Source: Cyanobacteria bacterium P01_A01_bin.123 | GTDB lineage: Bacteria; Cyanobacteriota; Cyanobacteriia; Phormidesmidales; Phormidesmidaceae | Reading direction: 5' to 3' | Length of the DNA stretch: 64,000 nucleotides | Assembly: GCA_039815185.1 (NCBI GenBank) | Contig: JBCBZT010000041.1 | Span: forward strand, 1-64,000 | In this document: piece after piece, positions 9,494-19,324 of the stretch | Numbering within the stretch: position 1 is the stretch's first letter | Layout of the letters: the number at the start of each line of letters is the position of its first letter | Notes under the pieces: generated by a model | Seen by the model: the letters and a program-made list of their open reading frames with translations, nothing else | Told to the model about the DNA's origin: nothing | Databases searched by the model: none | Position numbers and translations under genes: made by a program

Positions 9494-10384
9494 ATGGCAC
9501 TTTTTGGCGCAATAGAAGCAGGGGGAACAAAGTTTGTCTGTGCAGTAGGGACGGGCTTCGACGACCTGCGGGCAGAGGTTCGCATCCCAACGACCACCCC
9601 CGCAGAAACCATTTCTCAGGTGATCGATTTTTTTCGTCAACAGATCCAGCAAGAAGGAGAACTCGATGCCATCGGCATCGGCGCTTTTGGCCCGGTCGAT
9701 GTACGGGCAGGCTCTCCTAAGTTTGGCTGGTTTTTAAACACGCCAAAGCCGGGCTGGCAGCAGATTGATTTTGCTGGTGTGATTGAGCGGGAGCTAAACG
9801 TACCGATTGATTTTGATACTGACGTCAATGCTGCCGCCTTGGGAGAACATCGATGGGGCAATGCTCAAGGCTTAGATACCTTTATCTATTTGACCGTTGG
9901 CACGGGGATTGGCGGTGGCGGTATGGTGGGGGGGCACCCAATTCACGGGCTGCTTCACCCAGAAATGGGCCATATCTTGATTCCGCACGATTTATCTACC
10001 GATCCTTTCGGTGGGGCGTGCCCGTTTCATCAAAACTGTCTGGAAGGATTGGCCTCGGGATTTGCCATGGAAAAACGGTGGCAGCAAAAAGCAGCGTCTC
10101 TACCGGCTGACCATCCGGCTTGGGCCTTGGAAGCGCACTACCTGGCTACGGGATTAATCAACTTCATTCTCATGCTCTCGCCTGAGCGGGTTATCCTTGG
10201 CGGTGGCGTTATGGAACAACCGCAGCTTTTTCCCCTGGTTCGTTCTCAAGTGCGTGAACGATTAAGCCCTTACTTGGCAGTGCCCAAAATCATGACTGAC
10301 ATTGACGACTATATTCTGCCGCCAAAGCTAGGCAGCAAGGCCGGCATTATGGGTGCTTTTGCTCTTGCCCAGCAGGCAGTATAA
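9494..10384 (+). CDS. ROK-family fructokinase
   Basis: GAIEAGGTKFVCA, DTDVNAAALGE, HPEMGH, CPFHQNCLEGLASG; start ATG at 9494. Confidence 0.9.
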   Translation: MALFGAIEAGGTKFVCAVGTGFDDLRAEVRIPTTTPAETISQVIDFFRQQIQQEGELDAIGIGAFGPVDVRAGSPKFGWFLNTPKPGWQQIDFAGVIERELNVPIDFDTDVNAAALGEHRWGNAQGLDTFIYLTVGTGIGGGGMVGGHPIHGLLHPEMGHILIPHDLSTDPFGGACPFHQNCLEGLASGFAMEKRWQQKAASLPADHPAWALEAHYLATGLINFILMLSPERVILGGGVMEQPQLFPLVRSQVRERLSPYLAVPKIMTDIDDYILPPKLGSKAGIMGAFALAQQAV

Positions 10385-10412
10385 CCGTAGCCACAAAGCT
10401 TTGTACGCTACG

Positions 10413-10478
10413 GCGAGCCAGATTGCTTGTGTGCTGAGCATCCCAGCGATACTCGGTGCATTAAGCAATCTGGCCAGC
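10413..10478 (+). repeat. Intergenic hairpin element, copy 2
   Basis: Long stem GCCAGATTGCTT...AAGCAATCTGGC with CCAGC loop; preceded by a second hairpin at 10385-10413. Confidence 0.8.
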
Positions 10479-10553
10479 ATTATAAAAGCGAATTTTGGTC
10501 GTTTGTAGACATTTAAAGTAGCCTATTTAGAACCAAAGAGACTAAACGAAAAT

Positions 10554-11558
10554 ATGGGAGATTCTCGTTCTGAGCGGCGCGAACTAACAGGTCAGCGCTC
10601 ACGCGACACGGCAAGTCGTCACTCACGTGGACGCAAACTCGATTTGGCCGCCCGCGCCGCCTGGCTTTACTACATTGCAGACAATACTCAAGAAGAGATC
10701 GCCACTAAGCTAGAAGTATCACGGCAAGCTGCCCAGCGATTAGTCGCGTTAGCCGTGAGTGAAAAGCTGATTACATTTCGGCTCAATCATCCGCTCAGTA
10801 ACTGTATTGCGATCGCTGAAGCCTTACGCGATCAGTTTGCCCTGTCTACCTGTGAGGTGGTTCCCCATAGTGCAGACAATTTGCGCACCGGGCTGGGGAT
10901 TTGTGCTGCCAACTATCTGGAGACTTATTTGGTCGCTAAAGCGCCCACTATCGTAGCGTTTTCTTCGGGTCGGACGCTGCGGGCGATGGTTGAACAGGTC
11001 CCCTCGATGGATCAGCCCCAGCATAAAATTGTATCGATTGTGGGCAATATGTCGCACTATGGCCGAGCCGGTCGTCATGAGGTCGTCATGCATCTTTGTG
11101 AGCGCACCGGGGCAGCGGCCTATCCCGTGCCAACGCCGGTCGTCGCCACCAGTGTTGAAGAGCGAAAACTGCTGCAAACACAGCGATCGTTTATTGCCGT
11201 TAAAGCTTTAGTCGAGCAGGCTAAAGTCACCTTTGTTGGGATTGGTGACATTGCCTGGAATGCCCCCCTCCACGAAAGTGGTTTTATCAACGATCAGGAA
11301 ATCACTGAACTCATCGAGCTGGGTGCGGTGGGAGAAATTGCCGGATGGGCCTACGATCAACAGGGCATGTTGCTACCAACAGGAACCAATCAACGGCTGG
11401 CTGGCGTGCCACTCCAACAGCCCGTTGATCGCTTGACGATTGGCGTGGCAGGCGGATTACACAAAACAGAGGCTATCTTAGCAGCACTCAAAGGCAAGCT
11501 CATTAACGGGCTGATTACGGATGAATCCGCCGCTGAAGCCATGCTTCAAATCGCATAA
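10554..11558 (+). CDS. smoC: SorC/DeoR-family sugar-binding transcriptional regulator
   Basis: AARAAWLYY..TQEEIA..L..SR HTH, sugar-binding domain, GAVGEIAG, LITDE. Confidence 0.88.
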   Translation: MGDSRSERRELTGQRSRDTASRHSRGRKLDLAARAAWLYYIADNTQEEIATKLEVSRQAAQRLVALAVSEKLITFRLNHPLSNCIAIAEALRDQFALSTCEVVPHSADNLRTGLGICAANYLETYLVAKAPTIVAFSSGRTLRAMVEQVPSMDQPQHKIVSIVGNMSHYGRAGRHEVVMHLCERTGAAAYPVPTPVVATSVEERKLLQTQRSFIAVKALVEQAKVTFVGIGDIAWNAPLHESGFINDQEITELIELGAVGEIAGWAYDQQGMLLPTGTNQRLAGVPLQQPVDRLTIGVAGGLHKTEAILAALKGKLINGLITDESAAEAMLQIA

Positions 11559-11570
11559 GCAGTAGAAAAG

Positions 11571-11939
11571 CTATGGGGTTATCCCTGCGGGGGTGGCCCG
11601 GGTTGCTGCTGGGGCGGTGATGGTGCCTGGACACCACGGCCCTGGTTCATGATCAGTGGGGATGGAGGTAACGATAATGCGATAACACATGGTTTCAGTG
11701 CCACCCGACAAGGTGCAGGGTTCTTCTGTAATACCGCTGACCAATGCATCTTCTAGAAACAAGGATGAGGGGTTGGGGGTCGCAGCTACTTCTGTGGATG
11801 ACTCGTCTGAAACTGTTGGGGTTGACGCTTCAGACCCAGGATCTCCGGCAGTGTTCTCATTGCAAGCCGATACGAGAAAAATAATGACAATTAAGCCCAA
11901 AAAAGATGGCCTAATTCTGGAGTCTTTGCAGTAGGCCAT
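11571..11939 (-). pseudogene. YHYH-family lipoprotein pseudogene (internal deletion with frameshift)
   Basis: Lipobox LVSAC; EEPCTLSGGTETMCYRI...DHEPGPWCP N-terminus; shifted frame then reads PSPPQQQPGPPPQG* (stop at 11579). Confidence 0.6.
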
Positions 11940-12591
11940 CTTGAACATGGATAATACGACGGGTTTGTGCTGCGATATCAGGTTCGTGGGTGACGATCAC
12001 CACCGTAATGCCCTGACTGTTGAGTTCGGTGAGCAGTGCCATGACTTCGTGAGAGGTTTGGGTATCTAGTGCACCTGTGGGTTCATCTGCAAGCACTAAA
12101 GCTGGACGGTTGACTAAGGCACGAGCGATCGCGACCCGCTGCTGCTGTCCGCCAGAGAGTTGGTTGGGTCGGTTGGCCATGCGATCGCTCAATCCCACCC
12201 GCACCAACGCTGCTGCGGCCTGCTTTCGGCGCTGGTTCCGGCTCGCACCGGCATAAACCATAGGCAGCATGACGTTTTCTAACGCCGTTGACCGAGGCAG
12301 CAGATTAAACTGCTGAAACACAAAGCCAATGCGCCGATTGCGAATGTAGGCGAGGCCTTCATTGTTCAACGTGGTCAGGTTGCGCCCTTCCAGGACATAG
12401 TGGCCAGCCGAGGGGCGATCGAGACAGCCAATAATGTTCATCAGCGTCGATTTGCCTGATCCTGAAGCGCCCATAATCGCGACATAGTCGCCTTCTTCAA
12501 TGGTCAGATCAATGCCCTTCAGCACGGGCACATCGACTTCACCCAAACGATAGGTTTTGCGGATGTCTTCCATCCAAATCATGGCTGCCAT
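11911..12591 (-). CDS. MacB/LolD-type ABC ATP-binding protein
   Basis: [33 protein letters not shown]. Confidence 0.92.
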   Translation of the reverse strand: MAAMIWMEDIRKTYRLGEVDVPVLKGIDLTIEEGDYVAIMGASGSGKSTLMNIIGCLDRPSAGHYVLEGRNLTTLNNEGLAYIRNRRIGFVFQQFNLLPRSTALENVMLPMVYAGASRNQRRKQAAAALVRVGLSDRMANRPNQLSGGQQQRVAIARALVNRPALVLADEPTGALDTQTSHEVMALLTELNSQGITVVIVTHEPDIAAQTRRIIHVQDGLLQRLQN

Positions 12592-12602
12592 AGTGAATCC
12601 TG

Positions 12603-13892
12603 CTAGTCACTTCTTAAGGCAATAATCGGATCTAATTTGGCGGCGCTGCGGGCGGGAATCACCCCTGCTACGATGCCAATCACAAAAGACAGGCCTACCC
12701 CTAAGGCGATCGCCCAAAGTGCAATCACAAAGGGAAAGTCGAATAGTGTGGCTGAAATCCGAGCGATCGCCACCCCTAGCCCCACCCCAAATAAGCCCCC
12801 AGCGGCGGAAATGGCGATCGCTTCGGCCAAAAACTGACTTAAGACCGCCTGATTCGTCGCCCCAACGGCCTTACGAATGCCAATCTCGCGGGTTCGCTCG
12901 ACCACCGAGACCAGCATGATATTGGCAATGCCAATGCCGCCGACGATTAGGGAGATGCCTGCGATCGCCGCCACCATAATGGTGAAAAGTCCCACCGTGC
13001 TGGTGAGAGTCTCAACCAGATCAGCCGCGCTCACGATCTCAAAATCATCTTCATCGCCTTTGGCGGGATGGATATCGTGGCGCACACGCAGTAAATTCGT
13101 CATCTGAAAATCAGCCGCCTCTAAATCGGCCTGCTCAGTCACTTTCACCGCAATCCCTTGAACGGCAATGCCGCTCAGCGCATTGTTACCCACTAACCGG
13201 GCTGACATATTCGTGAGGGGGACATAAATCTGTTCATCCGGATTTTCTCGTCCCTGGCTCCCTTTCTCATTGGCTACCCCTAGCACACTGTAGCGCTGCC
13301 CCTGAATGCGAATATTTGCACCAATCGCCTCACCATCTGTACCGAATAAATCATCTCTCACAGTTGATCCCAAGATGGCCACCGCCTGCGCTTCTGTGAG
13401 TTCCTCCTCGGTAAAATAACGTCCCGATTGCAATGTGATGTTATTAACCGCTAGGTAATCAGTATCCGTCCCTAAAATCGTTGTAGATGTGTTGTTTTCT
13501 CCATAAACCACCTGGGCCGTATGCTCTAGGTAGGCCGTTACCGTATCGGCGACTGTCACCTGAGATGCAATTGCCTGGGCATCGCTCCAGATCAGTGTAG
13601 TTGCACTCCCACGGCCTTGGTTGATATTGCCGCTATTGGCGGCCCCTGCCCTAATTTGCAAAACATCTGCGCCTAAGTTCTGCAAATTCGCTTCGGTAGC
13701 AGACTGTACCCCTTGCCCGACTGAGGTAACCGCAATCACAGCCGTAATCCCAATGATCACGCCCAGCATGGTGAGAGCGGTGCGTAGCTTATTGCTCCAC
13801 AGCGCTATGATCGCCATCGCCAAAATCTCCACAATAGAGATTGATGGCGGCTGAATAGAGGCTAGAGGCTTTTTAGAACTAATCTTAACCAC
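12603..13892 (-). CDS. MacB-type ABC permease (MacB_PCD + FtsX)
   Basis: LTMLGVIIG, GGIGIANIMLVSVVERTREIGIRKAVGA; likely GTG start at 13892 after AAGGAGG. Confidence 0.9.
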   Translation of the reverse strand: MVKISSKKPLASIQPPSISIVEILAMAIIALWSNKLRTALTMLGVIIGITAVIAVTSVGQGVQSATEANLQNLGADVLQIRAGAANSGNINQGRGSATTLIWSDAQAIASQVTVADTVTAYLEHTAQVVYGENNTSTTILGTDTDYLAVNNITLQSGRYFTEEELTEAQAVAILGSTVRDDLFGTDGEAIGANIRIQGQRYSVLGVANEKGSQGRENPDEQIYVPLTNMSARLVGNNALSGIAVQGIAVKVTEQADLEAADFQMTNLLRVRHDIHPAKGDEDDFEIVSAADLVETLTSTVGLFTIMVAAIAGISLIVGGIGIANIMLVSVVERTREIGIRKAVGATNQAVLSQFLAEAIAISAAGGLFGVGLGVAIARISATLFDFPFVIALWAIALGVGLSFVIGIVAGVIPARSAAKLDPIIALRSD

Positions 13893-15336
13893 CAGGCCCC
13901 CCTCCTTGTGGAGGACCGCCGCCGTCAGGCGGACCGTTACCGCCACCGCCACCGCCTGGAATGAAAGACGGCCCCCCTCGGTTTTGTAGATTTTCAGGCA
14001 GCCCCTGAGCCGCGCTTAAAACGATTTGTTCATCACCTTCAAGTCCCGAAATCACCTCTGTTTTATCGTCAACTGTCAGCCCCGTCTCAATCGAGAGAAA
14101 TTGAGGCGTACCGTCGCGACCCATTACCAAGACCCCTTCTCCTTGTTCCTCTCGCATAATTGCAACGGTTGGCACGACCAGTACATCGGTCAGTTCACCA
14201 GCTTGAAATTCTACATCTACGTTCATCCCCGGTCGGAGTTGTGACTGGACCGCTTCAGAAAGATTGACTCGAACCTCAAAACTGGTCACGTCAGAATCGA
14301 CCGTTGCCTGTTCAGCAACCTGAGCCACGGTTCCTTCAAACTCTCTATCCGGAAAGGCATCGGCTTGGATGCTGACCGCTTGCCCCGCCTGAATCTGAGC
14401 GATGTCTGTTTCCGCCACATTGGCAACCACCTGATAATTCGACGCTAAGGAGAGAATAGAAGAAGAAGAAGAAGAAGACGTGTCGCTGGCAGCCGTTGAA
14501 GGCGATACAAAATCGCCTGGATCAGCATAGCGGGCCGTCACAACCCCGCTAAAAGGAGCCCGAATCACCGTCGCTTCAATTAGTGTTTCAATCGTGGTTA
14601 AGGCACCTTCCGCTTGTATCACCTCGGCTTCGGCTTGGGCGATTTCTTCCTCACGACTGCCTGATTGACTTAGATTGAGCGCCTGTTGTGCACTCCTTAC
14701 TTCGGCCTGGGCCGTATCGCGGACTGTCCGATAGGTCGTCGTTTCTTGAGCAGAAATCGCCCCTTGGGCATAAAGTGCCTCATAGCGGCGCAAGTCTTCT
14801 TCAGCCTGGCTTAAACTGGCTTCCGCACTGGCTAGGGTGGCCTCGGCTTGGGCAATCTCCTGGGGGCGGTTCCCGGCGACAAGCATGGCCAAATTTGCAC
14901 GGGCCGACGCAAGTTGCCCCTGCGCCTCAATCAATTGCCCCTGCAAATCAGAATCATCCATATAGGCCAAAATCTGGCCTGCTTCGACAGCATCGCCCTC
15001 TACAACAGTCACTCGCTCCAAACGTTCTGAGGTTTTGGGGCTGACGTTTGTCAGCTGCTCAGGTTCAACAGTCCCGTTAGCCGCAACGGTAATCGGTAGG
15101 GTTGTGGTTTCGACCCCAACCGTTTGCGTTTGGGCTTGTTCTTGCTGCTGTGGCAGCAGAACAAACTGCCGATAAAGCAGATAACTGCCACCTGTGAGGA
15201 GGCTTAAAAGGAAGAGGCCAGCGATCCCTTGAACGAGGCGGTGTTTAGCTGGGTACTTAAAAGCGATTTTGACCTGTGATGTAGAAACTCTTTCAGCTGT
15301 TTGCAACAATGGCAAATGAGTAGAATTTGTATCCAT
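13885..15336 (-). CDS. MacA/HlyD-family periplasmic adaptor subunit
   Basis: N-terminal TM, lipoyl-like halves around a coiled coil, IRAPFSGVV, LRPGMNV, Gly/Pro-rich tail. Confidence 0.9.
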   Translation of the reverse strand: MDTNSTHLPLLQTAERVSTSQVKIAFKYPAKHRLVQGIAGLFLLSLLTGGSYLLYRQFVLLPQQQEQAQTQTVGVETTTLPITVAANGTVEPEQLTNVSPKTSERLERVTVVEGDAVEAGQILAYMDDSDLQGQLIEAQGQLASARANLAMLVAGNRPQEIAQAEATLASAEASLSQAEEDLRRYEALYAQGAISAQETTTYRTVRDTAQAEVRSAQQALNLSQSGSREEEIAQAEAEVIQAEGALTTIETLIEATVIRAPFSGVVTARYADPGDFVSPSTAASDTSSSSSSSILSLASNYQVVANVAETDIAQIQAGQAVSIQADAFPDREFEGTVAQVAEQATVDSDVTSFEVRVNLSEAVQSQLRPGMNVDVEFQAGELTDVLVVPTVAIMREEQGEGVLVMGRDGTPQFLSIETGLTVDDKTEVISGLEGDEQIVLSAAQGLPENLQNRGGPSFIPGGGGGGNGPPDGGGPPQGGGPGG

Positions 15337-15391
15337 AGAACACCTCTTTACTTAACAAAGGAAGGATTGGGTGTACCCATAAAACACCTGA

Positions 15392-15613
15392 TTATCCGCC
15401 GTCGTCGGGTTCCCTATCTTCAGGGGGTGGTTCGCCTTCACCCGGGCCACCTGGCGGTGGAGCGGTGCCGTCTATGCCCTCACATTCTTGGGGACGATCC
15501 GGCGCATCAGCAGGGGGGCAATCTGCGCGATCGCGGCTATTGGTGCAACCGCTAACCATCCCTAGCATGATTAACAACAAGGTCGAACAGAGTTTTATAC
15601 GCATAGCTCTCAA
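15392..15613 (-). CDS. Small Pro/Gly-rich lipoprotein
   Basis: Lipobox MVSGC; CPPADAPDRPQEC; PPPGGPG; same strand as, and upstream of, the exporter genes. Confidence 0.6.
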   Translation of the reverse strand: MRAMRIKLCSTLLLIMLGMVSGCTNSRDRADCPPADAPDRPQECEGIDGTAPPPGGPGEGEPPPEDREPDDGG

Positions 15614-15756
15614 TTTTTACAACCTGCAAAAAAAATGTCGGCACTTTAACTGAAATCTATTGGCTTAACAATTAGGCATCCTATTTTCGTCACTATCTGC
15701 TTTGGGGTCTCAATTGTTGAGTACATCCCACTTTTGTAAATTGTCGTTTCCGCCTT

Positions 15757-15850
15757 GCCCCTCATCCCCTAGCCCCTTCTCTCCTCGGGAGAAGGGGAAC
15801 TTGATATCAAAGTCCTTCTCCCGCCGGGAGAGGGATTTAGAGTGAGGGCC
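15757..15850. repeat. Cyanobacterial short dispersed repeat (double hairpin)
   Basis: CCCCTTCTCTCCTCGGGAGAAGGGG and CCTTCTCCCGCCGGGAGAGGG; outer ends CCCTCA/TGAGGG. Confidence 0.7.
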
Positions 15851-15915
15851 GCAAACTGGGATGCACCCCAATTATTCTCGCCGCGCGGTTTGCTGCCATC
15901 GGCGTTGTGTCTGGG

Positions 15916-16956
15916 TTATTCACTACTGCCAACCTTACGAAAAGACTCGTCAGGTGTACCGCGAAAGCATCCAAGGGCATAGGGATAGCTGTCAGTAATG
16001 TAATACCCATAAACGCCGTCAACCGTCATTCCGTTACACTCATCGAGGTCACCAGAGCCTTCGATATATTCATAATCATCATTAAATTCTCCGTCGTAGG
16101 TGCCACCTGGACTTCCTTCACCCGAAGGCCGTTCTCCACTTTTCAGCTGATAGCTTGATAGCGCTTTGCGAATGCTACCGTTGTCATCAAAATAAGATCC
16201 AAAAATGGGAAAACCATCGGCAGCAAACCCAATTACAGGCGAAATGCGGCTGTTATCCCTGTCATCAAATAAGGCATGAGGATTGCCGTGATAGTGATAC
16301 TCACCATTCGGCTGAGTATGAGCATTATGAGAATCTGTTTTCAAAAAACTCACGGGCGACATCGCGTTGTATCGCCACGGTATGGTTTCGTCACGACACC
16401 CCAAGCGCATCGTAAAGCAACCACCCGACAACAAGTCAATTTTGACGCCATTCAGCAAAATGGCATTGTCATACTGTGGACTGATAGCCGTTGTCTGGCT
16501 ATTGTGCTGTGGGTTTTTGGTAACGCGATAAACTTTACTCTGTTCTGAAACAGGTGTAGCAAACGTATTTGCATCGTTCATGTCGTGGTTTGGGATGCCG
16601 TTAGAGGTAAAAATGCAGGTGTCATCCTCAACGCTCACAGTCAGTATGCCGACGAAAACAGTGTTGCTTGAAACCTCTAATGCCTCTCCGCTGTAGGAAG
16701 CGACATAGTCAGCACAGTTACTACTTGAGGTGGTCAGTATTGCACTCGTAATATCAATGACCTGAGCATCGCTAACACCTTCAGTGCTAACATCCCTGAT
16801 GCCCACTACGACGCCAATGACGTTGGGGGGTGATGATGCGTGGGTACAGGCTGCAATCGTGACCAGAAACAGGAGTATTGAAAAATTCTCAATCGTCTTC
16901 CCAAGCACCCCTTGTTTTATGGCTGAATTGAAAGTTGAAAGGAATTTTTTAATCAT
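15916..16956 (-). CDS. YHYH domain protein (probable lipoprotein)
   Basis: SNGIPNH, HTQPNGEYHYHG, IGFAADGFPIFG, GDLDECNG, YGYYITDSYPY. Confidence 0.88.
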   Translation of the reverse strand: MIKKFLSTFNSAIKQGVLGKTIENFSILLFLVTIAACTHASSPPNVIGVVVGIRDVSTEGVSDAQVIDITSAILTTSSSNCADYVASYSGEALEVSSNTVFVGILTVSVEDDTCIFTSNGIPNHDMNDANTFATPVSEQSKVYRVTKNPQHNSQTTAISPQYDNAILLNGVKIDLLSGGCFTMRLGCRDETIPWRYNAMSPVSFLKTDSHNAHTQPNGEYHYHGNPHALFDDRDNSRISPVIGFAADGFPIFGSYFDDNGSIRKALSSYQLKSGERPSGEGSPGGTYDGEFNDDYEYIEGSGDLDECNGMTVDGVYGYYITDSYPYALGCFRGTPDESFRKVGSSE

Positions 16957-17184
16957 TTCGGTGTATCGTGATCGTTTTCATTGTTAGATATCTTGAACAA
17001 GTGAACGATGACTCGAAATACAATTGATAACGACATGGAGACAGAGTCTTTTTTGAAACTTGGAGTTTTAGCATCAGGAAAGACTGTGGGTCTGGATGTG
17101 GACGCGGTTTAAACAGCTGCTGCAATCCGTCAAAACTACATATGATTGAGCATATAAAAAGCTTTGTAGGCTGCCATGTGCCAA

Positions 17185-17228
17185 ACGACCAAAGCTCTCG
17201 TGGCCAAAAGTCATGTGTCCAATGGCTA
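17185..17228. promoter_or_regulatory. Candidate NarL-type boxes in the divergent promoter
   Basis: ACGACCAAAGCTCT (17185) and TGGCCAAAAGTCAT (17201) resemble the 2794-2853 motifs. Confidence 0.45.
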
Positions 17229-17306
17229 ACACTGCTAAGCATCGGATGAGGTGTTATTCTTTACCGTTAATTTTGATAGGGTTAAGTTGCGCTCAGGTTT
17301 TCTCCC

Positions 17307-18674
17307 ATGGCTCAGGCATTGAACCTCCTTTATCAGCGTTACCGCTTGATTGCCTTATCGGTGTATGCAGCCGTGCTTCTGGCAGGGCTTGTAGACTGGA
17401 TGTACGGCGGTATTGGGCCGAGATCTGTCGTAGATGCACCCGCGACCTATCGTTTCTTGCTTTTCGTGGCAATCGTACTTGTGCTGATAGGACTAGAGCT
17501 GCGGGCCGTGGGTAAAGCTAATTTTGTACATTCAAATAAGGTTGAATTCATTCCCTTTTTCGTTAGGGTATTTCTCTTTATCTGCGCTTGCTTAGTCACC
17601 GACCTTTCCTACTCGCAAATTCTTTTTTTACCCCTCCTTTTGTATAGCTACTTAGCCATCAATAAACGCCTGAGCTATTTCATCGCTATCTTGGGGGTCA
17701 CAGCCCTTTTGGGCTTGAGGCTGTCTGGCTTTGGGGGCATGAGGGTGCCACCGCCGCCCTTAATCAATGGCGCACCTCATGTTGAGATCCCCAATGGCAT
17801 ATCTAACAATGGCCGATTACGGGGAAGCAGACCCATTGATGAAGGCATGGGCTCGCTGATTACGCTATTTTTCACGCTGCTGTTAGCCCGAGCCATGTCC
17901 CAAGCTATTCAGGCCCAGCAAAAACTCACTGGATTACTTGCTTCACTCGAAGCCTCCCATCAGCAGTTGAAACAGTATTCCACTCGTGTTGCTGATTTAG
18001 CCGCCACTGAAGAACGTAATCGGTTGGCACGCGACATCCATGACAGTCTTGGGCATCATTTGGCGGCGATTAATATTCAGTTGGCAAAGGCCAACGCCTA
18101 TCGAGAACGCGATCCAAACCGCGCCTATGAAGCAGTAAAGTACGCGCAACGCACTGTACAAGATGCTTTAAAGGATGTGCGTGCATCGGTCAGTAGTTTA
18201 CGGCAAGGCAGTGAACCCTTTTTATTCCAGGAGGCGCTCGACGATTTACTGCAGCGAATGCGCCACGGTGAACTTGAGCTAACGCTCCATCAAACAGGAG
18301 ACAGCTCACGCTACAGCAAGCTTAAGCTGATGAGCTTGTACCGGGTGATTCAAGAAGGGCTGACCAATGTGCACAAGCATGCCAATGCTAGCCGAGCGAC
18401 CATAAAGTTAGATTTTGGGTCTCAAAAAGCCACGCTAGAACTGGTAGACGATGGTTCTGGTTTTGATGTGGCCGCGTGGAAATCGAGGGCAAATGCACAA
18501 ACGACCCAGGGATTAATCGGCTTACAGGAACGGCTGAGTTTGGTGGGCGGCACCCTTGACATCAACAGCCAGTTCCGAGAGACCAAGCTGACGATCAGGA
18601 TTCCTCAGGCCCATTCTCAGCCCCAATTTCTGGCTCAATTTCTGGCTAGTTCAAATACGGAGTCAATAACATGA
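17307..18674 (+). CDS. Membrane sensor histidine kinase, HisKA_3 type
   Basis: Multiple TMs; ERNRLARDIHDSLGH; QEGLTNVHKHA, DDGSGF, GLIGLQER. Confidence 0.92.
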   Translation: MAQALNLLYQRYRLIALSVYAAVLLAGLVDWMYGGIGPRSVVDAPATYRFLLFVAIVLVLIGLELRAVGKANFVHSNKVEFIPFFVRVFLFICACLVTDLSYSQILFLPLLLYSYLAINKRLSYFIAILGVTALLGLRLSGFGGMRVPPPPLINGAPHVEIPNGISNNGRLRGSRPIDEGMGSLITLFFTLLLARAMSQAIQAQQKLTGLLASLEASHQQLKQYSTRVADLAATEERNRLARDIHDSLGHHLAAINIQLAKANAYRERDPNRAYEAVKYAQRTVQDALKDVRASVSSLRQGSEPFLFQEALDDLLQRMRHGELELTLHQTGDSSRYSKLKLMSLYRVIQEGLTNVHKHANASRATIKLDFGSQKATLELVDDGSGFDVAAWKSRANAQTTQGLIGLQERLSLVGGTLDINSQFRETKLTIRIPQAHSQPQFLAQFLASSNTESIT

Positions 18675-19324
18675 CAATAAAAATCCGCATTTTGCTGGTT
18701 GATGATCAGTACCTGATTCGAGAAGGGATTGCCTCTTTACTAGAACTTGAAGAGGTCGTTGAGGTGGTGGGTATAGCAGCCAATGGCAAAGACGCGATCG
18801 CAAAAGCCCTTGAGCTAAAGCCTCATATTACGCTCATGGACGTGCGCATGCCTGAAATGAATGGGGTTGAAGCAACCGCAAAAATTAGACAAGCCGTGCC
18901 CACTTGCCAAGTGATTATGCTGACCACTTTTGACGATGAAGAGTTTATTGTGCAGTCACTCCTGGCGGGTGCATGCGGTTATCTGATGAAGGACATTCCC
19001 CCTCAAGATCTGATACAGGCGATCAAGCTTGCCCATGCGGGTGTGTTTCAGTTAGCACCTGAAGTCGCAGGCAAGCTCATTGGCGCGCTAAAAGACAAAC
19101 AAGCGTCTGTCAGCTCCAAGCCTCAAGTTGAGACGCCGCTAACCGCGAGAGAGCTGGAGGTGCTGAAATTAATCGCCAAAGGAACCCCTAATAAAGGCAT
19201 TGCCCAAGTACTCAATGTGAGTGAAGGCACGGTCAAAAATCACGTTTCTAATATTTTGATGCGGCTTGAACTAAAAGATCGAACCCAGGCCGCTATCTAT
19301 GCGGTGGAAAATGGTTTGAGCTAA
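18671..19324 (+). CDS. NarL/LuxR-family response regulator
   Basis: LVDD, LMDVRMP, LTARELEVL..NK.IA..L..SEGTVKNH; ATGA overlap with the kinase. Confidence 0.93.
   Translation: MTIKIRILLVDDQYLIREGIASLLELEEVVEVVGIAANGKDAIAKALELKPHITLMDVRMPEMNGVEATAKIRQAVPTCQVIMLTTFDDEEFIVQSLLAGACGYLMKDIPPQDLIQAIKLAHAGVFQLAPEVAGKLIGALKDKQASVSSKPQVETPLTARELEVLKLIAKGTPNKGIAQVLNVSEGTVKNHVSNILMRLELKDRTQAAIYAVENGLS

Noticed and set aside
11558..11620. Polyol cluster insertion as the cause of the YHYH gene truncation
   Set aside because: A plausible native C-terminal tail and stop survive in a shifted frame; no transposase or target duplication seen
14455..14478. AGA/GAA trinucleotide run as a phase-variation tract
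   Set aside because: In-frame poly-Ser linker of the MacA-like protein; slippage would not shift the frame
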